Shown: positions 11,089-21,423, numbered from the stretch's first letter. The stretch is DNA of 64,000 bases from Synechococcus sp. (GCA_047285535.1 JBJBDC010000001.1:2176136-2240135); one strand, 5' to 3'. Made by a program: numbers and translations. The notes: generated by a model from the sequence alone, not told the origin.

Positions 11089-14000
11089 ATGGATCTCTCC
11101 ATTCCTTGGCTAGACGAGCTACTCAATCGTTCTCTCGCAAGAAGGAATAGCTTCAGAAGAAGGTCACCTAAAGAACGATTAGACGAAACGTCAAAGTTCC
11201 CCTGGAAGGCGGAAGGAACCAATTCGTTGACTGAAGAGAAAATCACAGAAAACTACGAAGTTACCAATAAAATAAATAGATCGATTGAAATTAAATACAA
11301 AAAGGAAACCTCGATATCTGCTCACACCTTTCTAAGCAATTTAAACAAACAGACAGCCTGGTCATACAAAGGCGAATCAAAGCCCAGTTTCGATACATCC
11401 AACTTTAGCAAGGCAATTACCGAAGCAAGCAATTCTTCTAAAGAAGAGAGTTTTCAAACACCAAATAACGAGCTTCCTGGTGGCAATAATTTCAGTGAAG
11501 AAAGCTCATGCTTTTGCCCTTCATGTTCACGACTAAATCTATTCAGTGAAGGCAGCGATGTCTTAAAGGCATTAGCTCCACAAGAAACTCCACGCTATAC
11601 AACTCTTAGCGACAAGATCAACTTTGAAAATACGTTTTTCTTGCACAGCAATCACCGAGCAAATCATACAATTTATCTCGATTTCGACGGATTTTCTATC
11701 AATAGCACACCATGGGAGAACGGCGGCTCGATGAGTCTTAACCCGTTTTATGCCGATCTAGATTCATCTGAAGCAAAAGCAGAAATACAATATATTTGGA
11801 ATCGAGTATCCGCGGACTTTGCTCCTTTTAACATCAATGTTACAACAGAAGAGCCTGATATTGAAGACTTAAAAAATAGTGGAGGAGGTGACCAGAGATG
11901 GGGAATACGAGTAGCCCTAACATCTAATCAAAACCGCGATAATCTCGATTTTTATGGTAATCCGCGGGAGATTACTAATGCCGGAGGAGGAGGAACTGCA
12001 TTTTTCAACAGCTTTAATTGGTCAACTGATGATGTAGCACTAGTCTTTAATCAAGGCGAATATGCGGCATCTGAAACAGTAAGCCACGAAGTAGGTCATG
12101 CTTTAAACTTAAGACATGATGGGACAAACAGGAGAACAGATAACCCAACCTATTATGAAGGCCATGGGACTGGCCAAGTCTCATGGGCGAGCATTATGGG
12201 AGCGTCATTTATTGGTGATGACGAAAACGTAACAACCTGGTCCAAAGGTGAATACAACGATGCAAATAATCTCGAGGATGATCTTTCAATCATCACATCT
12301 GGCAATGGATTTGGATACCGAACTGATGATCATGCCAACGAATTCAATCTAGCAAGTAGCCTGAATTACTCAGAGATTAATCCTCTCAACCCAAGCGAAA
12401 CGAACATTCTCACTCACGGCATAATCGAAACGAATGATGATATTGATTACTTCACTTTCCAGACAAGCAGTGGATTCATAAATCTAGATATCTCCAATAC
12501 GACAACCGCATACATATCAGATGGTAGTGGAAATTATGAAAGCCAGTATCTCAATCCCCGAGGGGCGAATCTTGATATTTCAGCAACATTGTATGATAGT
12601 AGCTGGGGGTTGGTAGCAACTAGCAATCCAAACAACTTTCTCAGTGCAGGTTTTGACAACCTTGCCTTAGACGGGGGAACTTACTTTCTAACAGTTGAAG
12701 GGGTTGGCACTGGGGATCCATTTAACGCAAACCCTACCGGCTACACATCATATGCAAGCCTCGGCGAGTATCTAATCAATGGATCTGTAGTCACAACAGA
12801 GGCCAACTTACGCCTTACTCCAATAGACAGTATCAAAACCGAAGGGAACGAAGGAGTCACGACATTCAGATTCGATATTCTTTTAAGTGAGGCTCGACAA
12901 AATCAAGTCACCGTAGACTGGAGTGTATCAGGAAATAATTCATCCAATGCAGCAGACTTTGTTAACGGGTTGCAATTTGGAACAGCAGTAATTAACGCGG
13001 GAGAAACAAGAGCAGAGGTCGAAGTCTACGTACAGGGAGATAGAGAAATCGAGGATGATGAAACATTTTTAGTTGAAATCAGTAATGCACGCGACAGCGA
13101 AGGTGATTCTATTGAGTTGATTACAAGTTCGGCCATAGCCACCATCGAAGCTGATGACGCCGAAATCCGAGGACGCGCCTGGAAAGATCTGAATGAAAAC
13201 GGCGCTGTTGATGAAAACGAAAGAGGTCTTGAGGGTATAAAGGTTTTTATCGACACTAACCTCAATAACCAATTAGACCCAGAAGAACTTTTCACTTTAA
13301 CCAACGAGCAAGGAGATTATAGCTTCCTAGTTAATCCAGGTTCTTACAGTATCTCTACTGATCTAGACTACAACCAAACGCAAACATTTCCATCGGGCTA
13401 TAGCTCAGAAGTAGAACCAGACAGCTTCACACAAGGGACTGTACTCAATTCAATTAATGAATTAGCCGTACTCAGTGCCGTTGGATCAAGCATCAGCAAT
13501 CAAGATGTTACCGCCCTAGCACAAGATTACGTCTCCACAGGAACGTTAGGCCTAAGCAGCTCCTGGAATGGAGGACTTTGGAATACTGGGAATGCAGAGC
13601 TACGCGTTGACTTTGCATTACCAACAGATGAAGTAAGAATCGACTTCATTTCAGATGACAGTTCAGATTTTGGGCATATGCGGGCATATGACTCCAGCAG
13701 TAATCTTCTAGAAGAATATGTGACACAGGATTTGGGTACAGGCATCGTGGAAACGATGACGATCTCCAGAACTAATCCTGAAATCGCGTATATCCTGGCA
13801 TCAGGCAAAGATGGACAATTTGGATATCTAGATAACCTTCGATTCTCCAGTCAGTCTGGAGATAGTCCATCAATTGAAGTAACAGTTGGAGCAGAGATTT
13901 CAATCAACAATGATTTTGGAATTGCTGTTGCAACGCCTCCCACCATTGCCATCTCCTCCAGTTCGTCTTCTCTAGAAGTCGGTCAAACTGCCCTCATCTC

Positions 14001-16995
14001 TTTTTCTCTCTCAGAAGAGTCCTCTGATTTCACACTCGCTGATATCTCCGTTTCCAACGGTTTCCTCTCGGATTTCTCTGGTTCTGGTTCCTCATACACA
14101 GCTGTTTTTTCTCCTGACAGCAGCGGCGCCACACAAGCATCCATCTTCGTTGCAAGTAACACCTTCTCCGATGCCTCTGGCAACTTCAATCAAGATGGTA
14201 ATGAGGCCAATAATTCTCTCACTTTCTCTATTACTCCGCCCCCTGATACCACTCCTCCCACCATTGCCATCTCCTCCAGTTCGTCTTCTCTAGAAGTCGG
14301 TCAAACTGCCCTCATCTCTTTTTCTCTCTCAGAAGAGTCCTCTGATTTCACACTCGCTGATATCTCCGTTTCCAACGGTTTCCTCTCGGATTTCTCTGGT
14401 TCTGGTTCCTCATACACAGCTGTTTTTTCTCCTGACAGCAGCGGCGCCACACAAGCATCCATCTTCGTTGCAAGTAACACCTTCTCCGATGCCTCTGGCA
14501 ACTTCAATCAAGATGGTAATGAGGCCAATAATTCTCTCACTTTCTCTATTACTCCGCCCCCTGATACCACTCCTCCCACCATTGCCATCTCCTCCAGTTC
14601 GTCTTCTCTAGAAGTCGGTCAAACTGCCCTCATCTCTTTTTCTCTCTCAGAAGAGTCCTCTGATTTCACACTCGCTGATATCTCCGTTTCCAACGGTTTC
14701 CTCTCGGATTTCTCTGGTTCTGGTTCCTCATACACAGCTGTTTTTTCTCCTGACAGCAGCGGCGCCACACAAGCATCCATCTTCGTTGCAAGTAACACCT
14801 TCTCCGATGCCTCTGGCAACTTCAATCAAGATGGTAATGAGGCCAATAATTCTCTCACTTTCTCTATTACTCCGCCCCCTGATACCACTCCTCCCACCAT
14901 TGCCATCTCCTCCAGTTCGTCTTCTCTAGAAGTCGGTCAAACTGCCCTCATCTCTTTTTCTCTCTCAGAAGAGTCCTCTGATTTCACACTCGCTGATATC
15001 TCCGTTTCCAACGGTTTCCTCTCGGATTTCTCTGGTTCTGGTTCCTCATACACAGCTGTTTTTTCTCCTGACAGCAGCGGCGCCACACAAGCATCCATCT
15101 TCGTTGCAAGTAACACCTTCTCCGATGCCTCTGGCAACTTCAATCAAGATGGTAATGAGGCCAATAATTCTCTCACTTTCTCTATTACTCCGCCGCCCCC
15201 AACCCTGAGCATCAGTGCAGACGCGTCTGCACAACCAGAAGGTGCTCCCGGAGACATAACAACATTCCTCTTCACTGTCACACGCACAGGCGATACCTCC
15301 AGCTCAAGTTCTGCTGAATACACCGTTGCAGGTTCAGGCAGCATCCCAGCCAATACTCAAGATTTTTCTGGTAATTCTTTCCCATCTGGTGTCGTCAACT
15401 TTGCCGCCGGTGAAATCACTCAAACCATCCCCATCGAGGTTGATGGTGACAGCATCCTCGAGCAAGACGAAACTTTCTCGGTCACCCTCACCTCTCCCAC
15501 AAACGCATCCATCTCCCCCTCTAACGCTTCTGCTATAGCCACCATCTCCAATGACGACTCTCCTCCTCAAACGAGCATTCTTTTTGAAGAAACCTTCGAA
15601 GACTCCGCAACCTGGGAAAGCAATTGGGGTTTAGATCCCCTCACTGGCTGGCAACAATCCAGTCGAAGAGCCACCGAAGGCACTTGGTCCGGTGAAGTGA
15701 ATGGAAATGTGAACAATGGAAGCATAACTTCTTTGGCTATTGACCTCAGTGGTAATTATTCCTCAGCAACACTGAATTTTGACTGGCGAATTCAGCGCAA
15801 TTTAGATAATAATGAATTCGTATCTTTAGACATCTCTAATGACAATGGAGACTCTTGGACACAAGATATACGGACTTTACGCGGCAATATTGACCCTGAA
15901 AACCTCTGGATCCAAGAAACTCTTGACCTTACAAGCTTTATAGGCAGCCAAGAAGTTCTGATTCGCTTCCGTGGCACAATGAATGGTGAGAGAGAGAGAG
16001 TCAATGTTGATGCCATCAGAGTCACAGCAGAAAATATAATTAACGGTATAGCTCCAACCCTGAGCATCAGTGCAGACGCGTCTGCACAACCAGAAGGTGC
16101 TCCCGGAGACATAACAACATTCCTCTTCACTGTCACACGCACAGGCGATACCTCCAGCTCAAGTTCTGCTGAATACACCGTTGCAGGTTCAGGCAGCATC
16201 CCAGCCAATACTCAAGATTTTTCTGGTAATTCTTTCCCATCTGGTGTCGTCAACTTTGCCGCCGGTGAAATCACTCAAACCATCCCCATCGAGGTTGATG
16301 GTGACAGCATCCTCGAGCAAGACGAAACTTTCTCAGTCACCCTCACCTCTCCCACAAACGCATCCATCTCCCCCTCTAACGCTTCTGCTATAGCCACCAT
16401 CTCCAATGACGACTCTCCTCCTCAAACGAGCATTCTTTTTGAAGAAACCTTCGAAGACTCCGCAACCTGGGAAAGCAATTGGGGTTTAGATCCCCTCACT
16501 GGCTGGCAACAATCCAGTCGAAGAGCCACCGAAGGCACTTGGTCCGGTGAAGTGAATGGAAATGTGAACAATGGAAGCATAACTTCTTTGGCTATTGACC
16601 TCAGTGGTAATTATTCCTCAGCAACACTGAATTTTGACTGGCGAATTCAGCGCAATTTAGATAATAATGAATTCGTATCTTTAGACATCTCTAATGACAA
16701 TGGAGACTCTTGGACACAAGATATACGGACTTTACGCGGCAATATTGACCCTGAAAACCTCTGGATCCAAGAAACTCTTGACCTTACAAGCTTTATAGGC
16801 AGCCAAGAAGTTCTGATTCGCTTCCGTGGCACCATGAATGGCAGAAATGAACGCGCTAACGTCGACGACATCAATATATCCGCCACAAGCGGGAGCATTA
16901 ACGGCCAACTAAGAAGCGAGAATTTCGAAGATAGTCAAAACAGGATTGATGATTTACTTGAAGTCGTGAAACCTTTGTCTGATACATTCTTTTAA
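11089..16995 (+). CDS. Giant modular zinc metalloprotease/adhesin-like protein (metzincin domain, PPC-like, Calx-beta, SdrD-B-like, 4x Ig-like, 2x [Calx-beta + beta-sandwich])
   Basis: 1968-aa ORF; HEVGHALNLRH zinc motif and SIMG Met-turn; DIDYFTF (PPC-like); EGNEGVTTFRF..VQGDREIEDDETF (Calx-beta); IRGRAWKDLNENG..GLEGIKVFIDTN (SdrD-B-like); tandem repeats. Confidence 0.8.
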   Translation: MDLSIPWLDELLNRSLARRNSFRRRSPKERLDETSKFPWKAEGTNSLTEEKITENYEVTNKINRSIEIKYKKETSISAHTFLSNLNKQTAWSYKGESKPSFDTSNFSKAITEASNSSKEESFQTPNNELPGGNNFSEESSCFCPSCSRLNLFSEGSDVLKALAPQETPRYTTLSDKINFENTFFLHSNHRANHTIYLDFDGFSINSTPWENGGSMSLNPFYADLDSSEAKAEIQYIWNRVSADFAPFNINVTTEEPDIEDLKNSGGGDQRWGIRVALTSNQNRDNLDFYGNPREITNAGGGGTAFFNSFNWSTDDVALVFNQGEYAASETVSHEVGHALNLRHDGTNRRTDNPTYYEGHGTGQVSWASIMGASFIGDDENVTTWSKGEYNDANNLEDDLSIITSGNGFGYRTDDHANEFNLASSLNYSEINPLNPSETNILTHGIIETNDDIDYFTFQTSSGFINLDISNTTTAYISDGSGNYESQYLNPRGANLDISATLYDSSWGLVATSNPNNFLSAGFDNLALDGGTYFLTVEGVGTGDPFNANPTGYTSYASLGEYLINGSVVTTEANLRLTPIDSIKTEGNEGVTTFRFDILLSEARQNQVTVDWSVSGNNSSNAADFVNGLQFGTAVINAGETRAEVEVYVQGDREIEDDETFLVEISNARDSEGDSIELITSSAIATIEADDAEIRGRAWKDLNENGAVDENERGLEGIKVFIDTNLNNQLDPEELFTLTNEQGDYSFLVNPGSYSISTDLDYNQTQTFPSGYSSEVEPDSFTQGTVLNSINELAVLSAVGSSISNQDVTALAQDYVSTGTLGLSSSWNGGLWNTGNAELRVDFALPTDEVRIDFISDDSSDFGHMRAYDSSSNLLEEYVTQDLGTGIVETMTISRTNPEIAYILASGKDGQFGYLDNLRFSSQSGDSPSIEVTVGAEISINNDFGIAVATPPTIAISSSSSSLEVGQTALISFSLSEESSDFTLADISVSNGFLSDFSGSGSSYTAVFSPDSSGATQASIFVASNTFSDASGNFNQDGNEANNSLTFSITPPPDTTPPTIAISSSSSSLEVGQTALISFSLSEESSDFTLADISVSNGFLSDFSGSGSSYTAVFSPDSSGATQASIFVASNTFSDASGNFNQDGNEANNSLTFSITPPPDTTPPTIAISSSSSSLEVGQTALISFSLSEESSDFTLADISVSNGFLSDFSGSGSSYTAVFSPDSSGATQASIFVASNTFSDASGNFNQDGNEANNSLTFSITPPPDTTPPTIAISSSSSSLEVGQTALISFSLSEESSDFTLADISVSNGFLSDFSGSGSSYTAVFSPDSSGATQASIFVASNTFSDASGNFNQDGNEANNSLTFSITPPPPTLSISADASAQPEGAPGDITTFLFTVTRTGDTSSSSSAEYTVAGSGSIPANTQDFSGNSFPSGVVNFAAGEITQTIPIEVDGDSILEQDETFSVTLTSPTNASISPSNASAIATISNDDSPPQTSILFEETFEDSATWESNWGLDPLTGWQQSSRRATEGTWSGEVNGNVNNGSITSLAIDLSGNYSSATLNFDWRIQRNLDNNEFVSLDISNDNGDSWTQDIRTLRGNIDPENLWIQETLDLTSFIGSQEVLIRFRGTMNGERERVNVDAIRVTAENIINGIAPTLSISADASAQPEGAPGDITTFLFTVTRTGDTSSSSSAEYTVAGSGSIPANTQDFSGNSFPSGVVNFAAGEITQTIPIEVDGDSILEQDETFSVTLTSPTNASISPSNASAIATISNDDSPPQTSILFEETFEDSATWESNWGLDPLTGWQQSSRRATEGTWSGEVNGNVNNGSITSLAIDLSGNYSSATLNFDWRIQRNLDNNEFVSLDISNDNGDSWTQDIRTLRGNIDPENLWIQETLDLTSFIGSQEVLIRFRGTMNGRNERANVDDINISATSGSINGQLRSENFEDSQNRIDDLLEVVKPLSDTFF
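13936..15194 (+). repeat. Intragenic tandem repeat, 318-bp (106-aa Ig-like) unit, ~4 copies
   Basis: CCTCCCACCATTGCC restarts at 13936, 14254, 14572 and 14890; no differences between copies seen by eye. Confidence 0.95.
15199..16841 (+). repeat. Intragenic repeat, 855-bp period, 2 copies (15199-15986 and 16054-16841)
   Basis: CCAACCCTGAGCATCAGT at 15199 and 16054; only two synonymous differences spotted (TCG/TCA, ACA/ACC). Confidence 0.95.
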
Positions 16996-17071
16996 CAAAG
17001 ATCAGATTTTCAGCCAAATAATCTAGAGGTCTTTCATGAATTGATCGCATGCGTGTAATTGATATATCAAG

Positions 17072-18748
17072 ATGGTGCAACGCGTTGCATTCCCGCTGAA
17101 ACAAGAAACTCTGCTCTTTAAACCTGCCTCACCTGAGGCAGGTGCACTGAAAGCGGTGCTGGCATTCCCCAGCACTTACACCGTGGGCATTACCAGCCTG
17201 GGCTTCCAACTCGTATGGGCAACTTTAGCCATGCGCTCCGATCTCGATGTCAGGAGGCTTTTTACAGATCAAGGAGATCCTCAACACCGTCGCTGCGATC
17301 TGTTCGGCCTATCTCTGAGCTGGGAACTCGACGGCCCCGTTCTGTTGGATCTCCTGGAACAACAACGCATTCCCCTCTGGAGCCATGAACGGAGTGATCA
17401 GGATCCCATCGTTTTTGGTGGTGGTCCCGTTCTGACCGCCAACCCCGAACCGCTGGCCCCATTTTTTGATGTGGTGCTCCTCGGGGATGGAGAAGAGCTT
17501 CTGCCCGCCTTCATCAATGCCCTGCTTCAGGTGCGGGACGAACCCCGTCACAAGCGCCTTCATCATTTGGCGCAGATTCCTGGCATCTACGTTCCCGATC
17601 TCCATGCTCCGCAATTCAGTGCCGACGGTGTCCTTCTCGGACTACAACCCAGGGAGGCAGATCTACCTGAACGAATCGAGAAGCAAACCTGGAGGGGCAA
17701 CAGCCTGAGCCACTCCACGGTGATCACCCCTGAGGCCGCGTGGCCCGACATCCACATGGTGGAGGTAGTGCGCAGCTGCCCAGAACTGTGTCGCTTCTGC
17801 TTAGCGAGTTATCTCACCTTGCCCTTCCGAACCCCATCTCTTGATGACGGCCTGATTCCTGCAGTCGAGAAAGGACTAAAGGCAACCCGTCGTCTCGGCT
17901 TGCTTGGTGCCTCCGTGACCCAACATCCTCAATTCAACGACTTGCTGCAGTGGCTGGATCAAGAGCGCTTTGATGACTTACGCGTAAGTGTCAGCTCCGT
18001 GCGAGCTGCCACCCTGACTCCTCAACTCGCTGGAACCCTGAGTCGCCGCGGCAGCAAGTCAGTGACGATCGCCATCGAGAGTGGTAGTGATCGGATGAGA
18101 CGCGTCGTGAATAAGAAACTCAGCCGCGAAGAAATCAGCGTCGCCGCCCGGTATGCAAAAGAAGGTGGACTCAAAAGCCTCAAGCTCTACGGGATGGTGG
18201 GACTACCTACGGAGCAGGACGACGACATCGAGGCAACCGCTGATCTGCTGCTAGATCTCAAGAAACACACCCCAGGGCTGCGCTTCACCTTGGGCGTAAG
18301 CACCTTCGTTCCAAAAGCCCACACACCCTTTCAGTGGCAAGGGGTCAGGCCAGAAGCTGACAAACGCCTCAAACGACTCGCCAAACGACTGAAACCGAAG
18401 GGTGTGGAACTCCGTCCTGAGAGCTATGGCTGGAGCGTGATCCAGGCCCTGCTCTCTCGCAGTGACCGTCGACTTGCGCCCGTCATCGCAGCTGTTAGGG
18501 GCTCCCAGGAGACTCTTGGCGGCTGGAAAAAGGCCTATCGCGCCGCACGCGCAGAAGAATTACCAGCCGCCAGCTCCGCCGGAGTGCCGTTGCCCCGCCC
18601 CCCCGCCTGGGAGGAGGTCGTTCATGACACCTGGGCAGAAGATCGCGTTCTTCCCTGGTGGCATCTTGATGGTCCACTGCCCAGCGATACGCTCCTCAAA
18701 CATCGACAGCAAGCGCTGAGTCAGCAGAACGATTCAGATCTGTGCTGA
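17072..18748 (+). CDS. B12-binding-domain radical SAM protein
   Basis: CPELCRFC (CxxxCxxC); FGGGPV..NPEPLAPFFD..GDGEE; FVPKAHTPFQW. Confidence 0.9.
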   Translation: MVQRVAFPLKQETLLFKPASPEAGALKAVLAFPSTYTVGITSLGFQLVWATLAMRSDLDVRRLFTDQGDPQHRRCDLFGLSLSWELDGPVLLDLLEQQRIPLWSHERSDQDPIVFGGGPVLTANPEPLAPFFDVVLLGDGEELLPAFINALLQVRDEPRHKRLHHLAQIPGIYVPDLHAPQFSADGVLLGLQPREADLPERIEKQTWRGNSLSHSTVITPEAAWPDIHMVEVVRSCPELCRFCLASYLTLPFRTPSLDDGLIPAVEKGLKATRRLGLLGASVTQHPQFNDLLQWLDQERFDDLRVSVSSVRAATLTPQLAGTLSRRGSKSVTIAIESGSDRMRRVVNKKLSREEISVAARYAKEGGLKSLKLYGMVGLPTEQDDDIEATADLLLDLKKHTPGLRFTLGVSTFVPKAHTPFQWQGVRPEADKRLKRLAKRLKPKGVELRPESYGWSVIQALLSRSDRRLAPVIAAVRGSQETLGGWKKAYRAARAEELPAASSAGVPLPRPPAWEEVVHDTWAEDRVLPWWHLDGPLPSDTLLKHRQQALSQQNDSDLC

Positions 18749-20000
18749 GCAAACATCGCAATCCCGCCAACAAAATCCAGCCCGCAATATTGAGACGGCT
18801 GTCAAACAATGGCAAATCGGTGCCATGCAGCACAACAAGGATGAGCACTGCTGCCCACCAAGCGCGATCGAATAGACGTAAGAAGGCACGACGGAACGAA
18901 ACCATCAAAAGCGCTAGAACCAAAGCAACCACAAGCGTGGCCACTGGTAATCCATGGGCGATGGCGAGTTCAAGAGGAAGGTTGTGAGAATGACCATGCC
19001 ACTGAGACGTACGAAGCGGATAAATCACCGAAAAGGCCGCTGCCCCCCATCCAAGCCAGGGCCGCTCTGCAATCAACTGGACCGCAACCCCCCATTGCCC
19101 AAGTCGGGTGGAAGCAAGCACTCGCCCACCGGCGTACTGACTGTCACTTAACCGGTGCCAGATCGGTTCAGGCACCACCATCCGCGCTAGGTCCTGACTC
19201 AGCTGAGGCACCTCTGGCACAACTGACAAAATCACTATCCCCAGCACAACTCCAAGCAGCGGTAAAAGCCAGGGCCAACTGAGAGGACCCAACACAATCG
19301 GTAGAGCCAGCACAAGTGCGCCCCATCCATTCCGTGACTCCGTCAGCACCAGGGCTGTCACAAAAGTGACCACGAAGCCAAGAACCACGATCCGGCTCAA
19401 CTTATTCAAACCAGGTTGAATTAAGGATGCCAGCGCCAAGGGCCAAACCAGCGCCAACCAGGCAGCGGCAATGTTTGCGTAATCAAATAACCCTGACAAA
19501 CGACCTTCTGGTTCACCACCAGGGGCCATAAACCAGATGATCAGTCCACCAAGCAGCTGCCAAGGACCTTGCCAGTCCCACCAAAGCTGACCCAACCCCA
19601 TGAGGATCACAGGGACACTCCCGGCCACCAACCAAAGCGCAGCACGTCGGCGAGCCTCAGGTGTACTGACGTAGGGCTGAAACCCCCAAAACGCCCAAAA
19701 AAACGGCAACCAATTGCCCAAGCCAACCCAGGCGAGTGATCCGGAATAAGAACCCAGACATCCGATGACCATTAACAATGACGCCAGGAGCAGAGGGGCA
19801 TTCCAAGGATCACTCCAAAACGGTCGCGTTCTCCGCCAACTTCCCATCAGCAGAGAAGGAAACAACAACACCCCGCCCAGTAGCGCCGAGGAAGGCAGCA
19901 AGAACAAACCGATCTGGAAACATCTCCAACCCCAACGAGATGCTGCAATTGGGCGGGCAGCATCGATTCGATCCTTCACTCTGTTGAAGACCAAAATCAC
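18696..20000 (-). CDS. O-antigen ligase (Wzy_C) family membrane protein
   Basis: RLSGLFDYANIAAAW, LTESRNGW, RPWLGWG, HSHNLPLE; GTG start overlapping the purU stop. Confidence 0.85.
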   Translation of the reverse strand: MILVFNRVKDRIDAARPIAASRWGWRCFQIGLFLLPSSALLGGVLLFPSLLMGSWRRTRPFWSDPWNAPLLLASLLMVIGCLGSYSGSLAWVGLGNWLPFFWAFWGFQPYVSTPEARRRAALWLVAGSVPVILMGLGQLWWDWQGPWQLLGGLIIWFMAPGGEPEGRLSGLFDYANIAAAWLALVWPLALASLIQPGLNKLSRIVVLGFVVTFVTALVLTESRNGWGALVLALPIVLGPLSWPWLLPLLGVVLGIVILSVVPEVPQLSQDLARMVVPEPIWHRLSDSQYAGGRVLASTRLGQWGVAVQLIAERPWLGWGAAAFSVIYPLRTSQWHGHSHNLPLELAIAHGLPVATLVVALVLALLMVSFRRAFLRLFDRAWWAAVLILVVLHGTDLPLFDSRLNIAGWILLAGLRCLLSTDLNRSADSALAVDV

Positions 20001-20857
20001 GCGAAAACTGCTGTTCTTCCGCGGTACACCATTACCTGCCGGCACAGGTGCAACCTAAGAGCACGTGCCAAGGCCAAACGCTCGGTGTCTCGTCCCTTAC
20101 GGATCAAATCACTGACCTCATCTCGGTGGCTCACAGGCAATGTGGCCTGCTCAATGATTGGACCATCATCCAAATTCTCAGTGACGTAATGGGCCGTAGC
20201 TCCAATCAACTTCACGCCTCGTGCCCAAGCCCGATGGTAGGGCTGAGCACCTTTAAAGGCTGGCAAAAACGAATGATGAATATTGATCACCTCAGGGAAC
20301 CGCTCCAAAAAGTCGCCACTGAGCACTTGCATGTATTTCGCCAATACAACAAGGTCGATTCGCTGCGTTTCAAGAAGTTCAAGAATGCGGGCTTCAGCCT
20401 CGGGCTTAGTTGCCGGTGAAACTGGTACGTGAACAAACTGCCCACCAAAATCACCGCAAAGTGGTTCCAAATCCAGATGGTTGGAAATCACCAAAGGAAC
20501 CTCCATCGGCAATTCACCACTAAGGGAGCGCCAAAGCAGATCTAACAAACAATGACTCTGCTTACTCACAAAGATCGCCACCCGGGGCAACTCATCTGAG
20601 AAGTGAAGTTGCACCTCACCACCTAGCCGTTCTGCCAGAGCACAAACCGCTGGCTTAATCGCAAGCCGAGGCAAACCAAAGCCATCAAGCTCCCATTCGA
20701 TCCGACTCAGAAATAACCCAGCCCCGGAATCGGTGTGGTGATCAGCATGACGAATATTTCCACCATTGGCCGCAACCCAGCCAGCCAGCTCACTCACCAA
20801 TGCCGACCGATCTGGACAGATCAGTTGAAGAATGACCGTTGTCCCGCCCACGCTCAA
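19997..20857 (-). CDS. purU: Formyltetrahydrofolate deformylase
   Basis: N-terminal ACT 'CPDR', LAKYMQVLS, INIHHSFLPAFKGA, GATAHYVT. Confidence 0.95.
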   Translation of the reverse strand: MSVGGTTVILQLICPDRSALVSELAGWVAANGGNIRHADHHTDSGAGLFLSRIEWELDGFGLPRLAIKPAVCALAERLGGEVQLHFSDELPRVAIFVSKQSHCLLDLLWRSLSGELPMEVPLVISNHLDLEPLCGDFGGQFVHVPVSPATKPEAEARILELLETQRIDLVVLAKYMQVLSGDFLERFPEVINIHHSFLPAFKGAQPYHRAWARGVKLIGATAHYVTENLDDGPIIEQATLPVSHRDEVSDLIRKGRDTERLALARALRLHLCRQVMVYRGRTAVFA

Positions 20858-20950
20858 AAAAATTCACAAGTTCATTCTCTCTTGGTACTCAAGGCTCTGC
20901 TATCGGAATGCGGCAGGTAATATCGCGACCTCCCTTCTCTCAATTTCCCC

Positions 20951-21409
20951 ATGCTGAGCGCCCTACGTCGCATAGCTGCGTTTTGCCTCTGCGTGTGCCT
21001 CTGCTTCAACCTTGCTTCATGCAGCGGCAATGGCAATGCCCAGCCCGCATCGATTAGTCCTGAAGACATGGCTGTGATTCGCAGGCAGGCTGAAGGTTTC
21101 ACCGAAGCCCAGGAACGTCTCCCAGACTTGGCGTCTCTTGTCAATCAACGTGACTGGACCTTCACCCGAAACCTGATCCACGGTCCAATGCAAGAGGTTG
21201 GACGCGAGATGTTGTACATCAATCAACGCCTCCTTCCAAACGACCGCGCAGAAGCCAATAAGCTGGCAACCAAGCTCAAAGATGCCTTATCTGATGTGGA
21301 TGAAGCGGCTCGTCTCCAAGACGGAACGCGTTTGCAGAAGGCTTATACCTCTGTAGCCACGGGTTTTGCAAACTACGCTCGCGTCATTCCCGCCGAAGCA
21401 CTGAGCTGA
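20951..21409 (+). CDS. psbQ: Photosystem II extrinsic lipoprotein CyanoQ/PsbQ
   Basis: Lipobox LASC; DWTFTRNLIHGPMQEVGREM. Confidence 0.88.
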   Translation: MLSALRRIAAFCLCVCLCFNLASCSGNGNAQPASISPEDMAVIRRQAEGFTEAQERLPDLASLVNQRDWTFTRNLIHGPMQEVGREMLYINQRLLPNDRAEANKLATKLKDALSDVDEAARLQDGTRLQKAYTSVATGFANYARVIPAEALS

Positions 21410-21423
21410 TCGCCTCGATTGCC

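Noticed and set aside
13936..15194. Tandem repeats as a CRISPR array or as four repeated 68-aa minus-strand genes
   Set aside because: Units are 318 bp, in frame and without unique spacers; the minus-strand ORFs are shadows of the coding repeat
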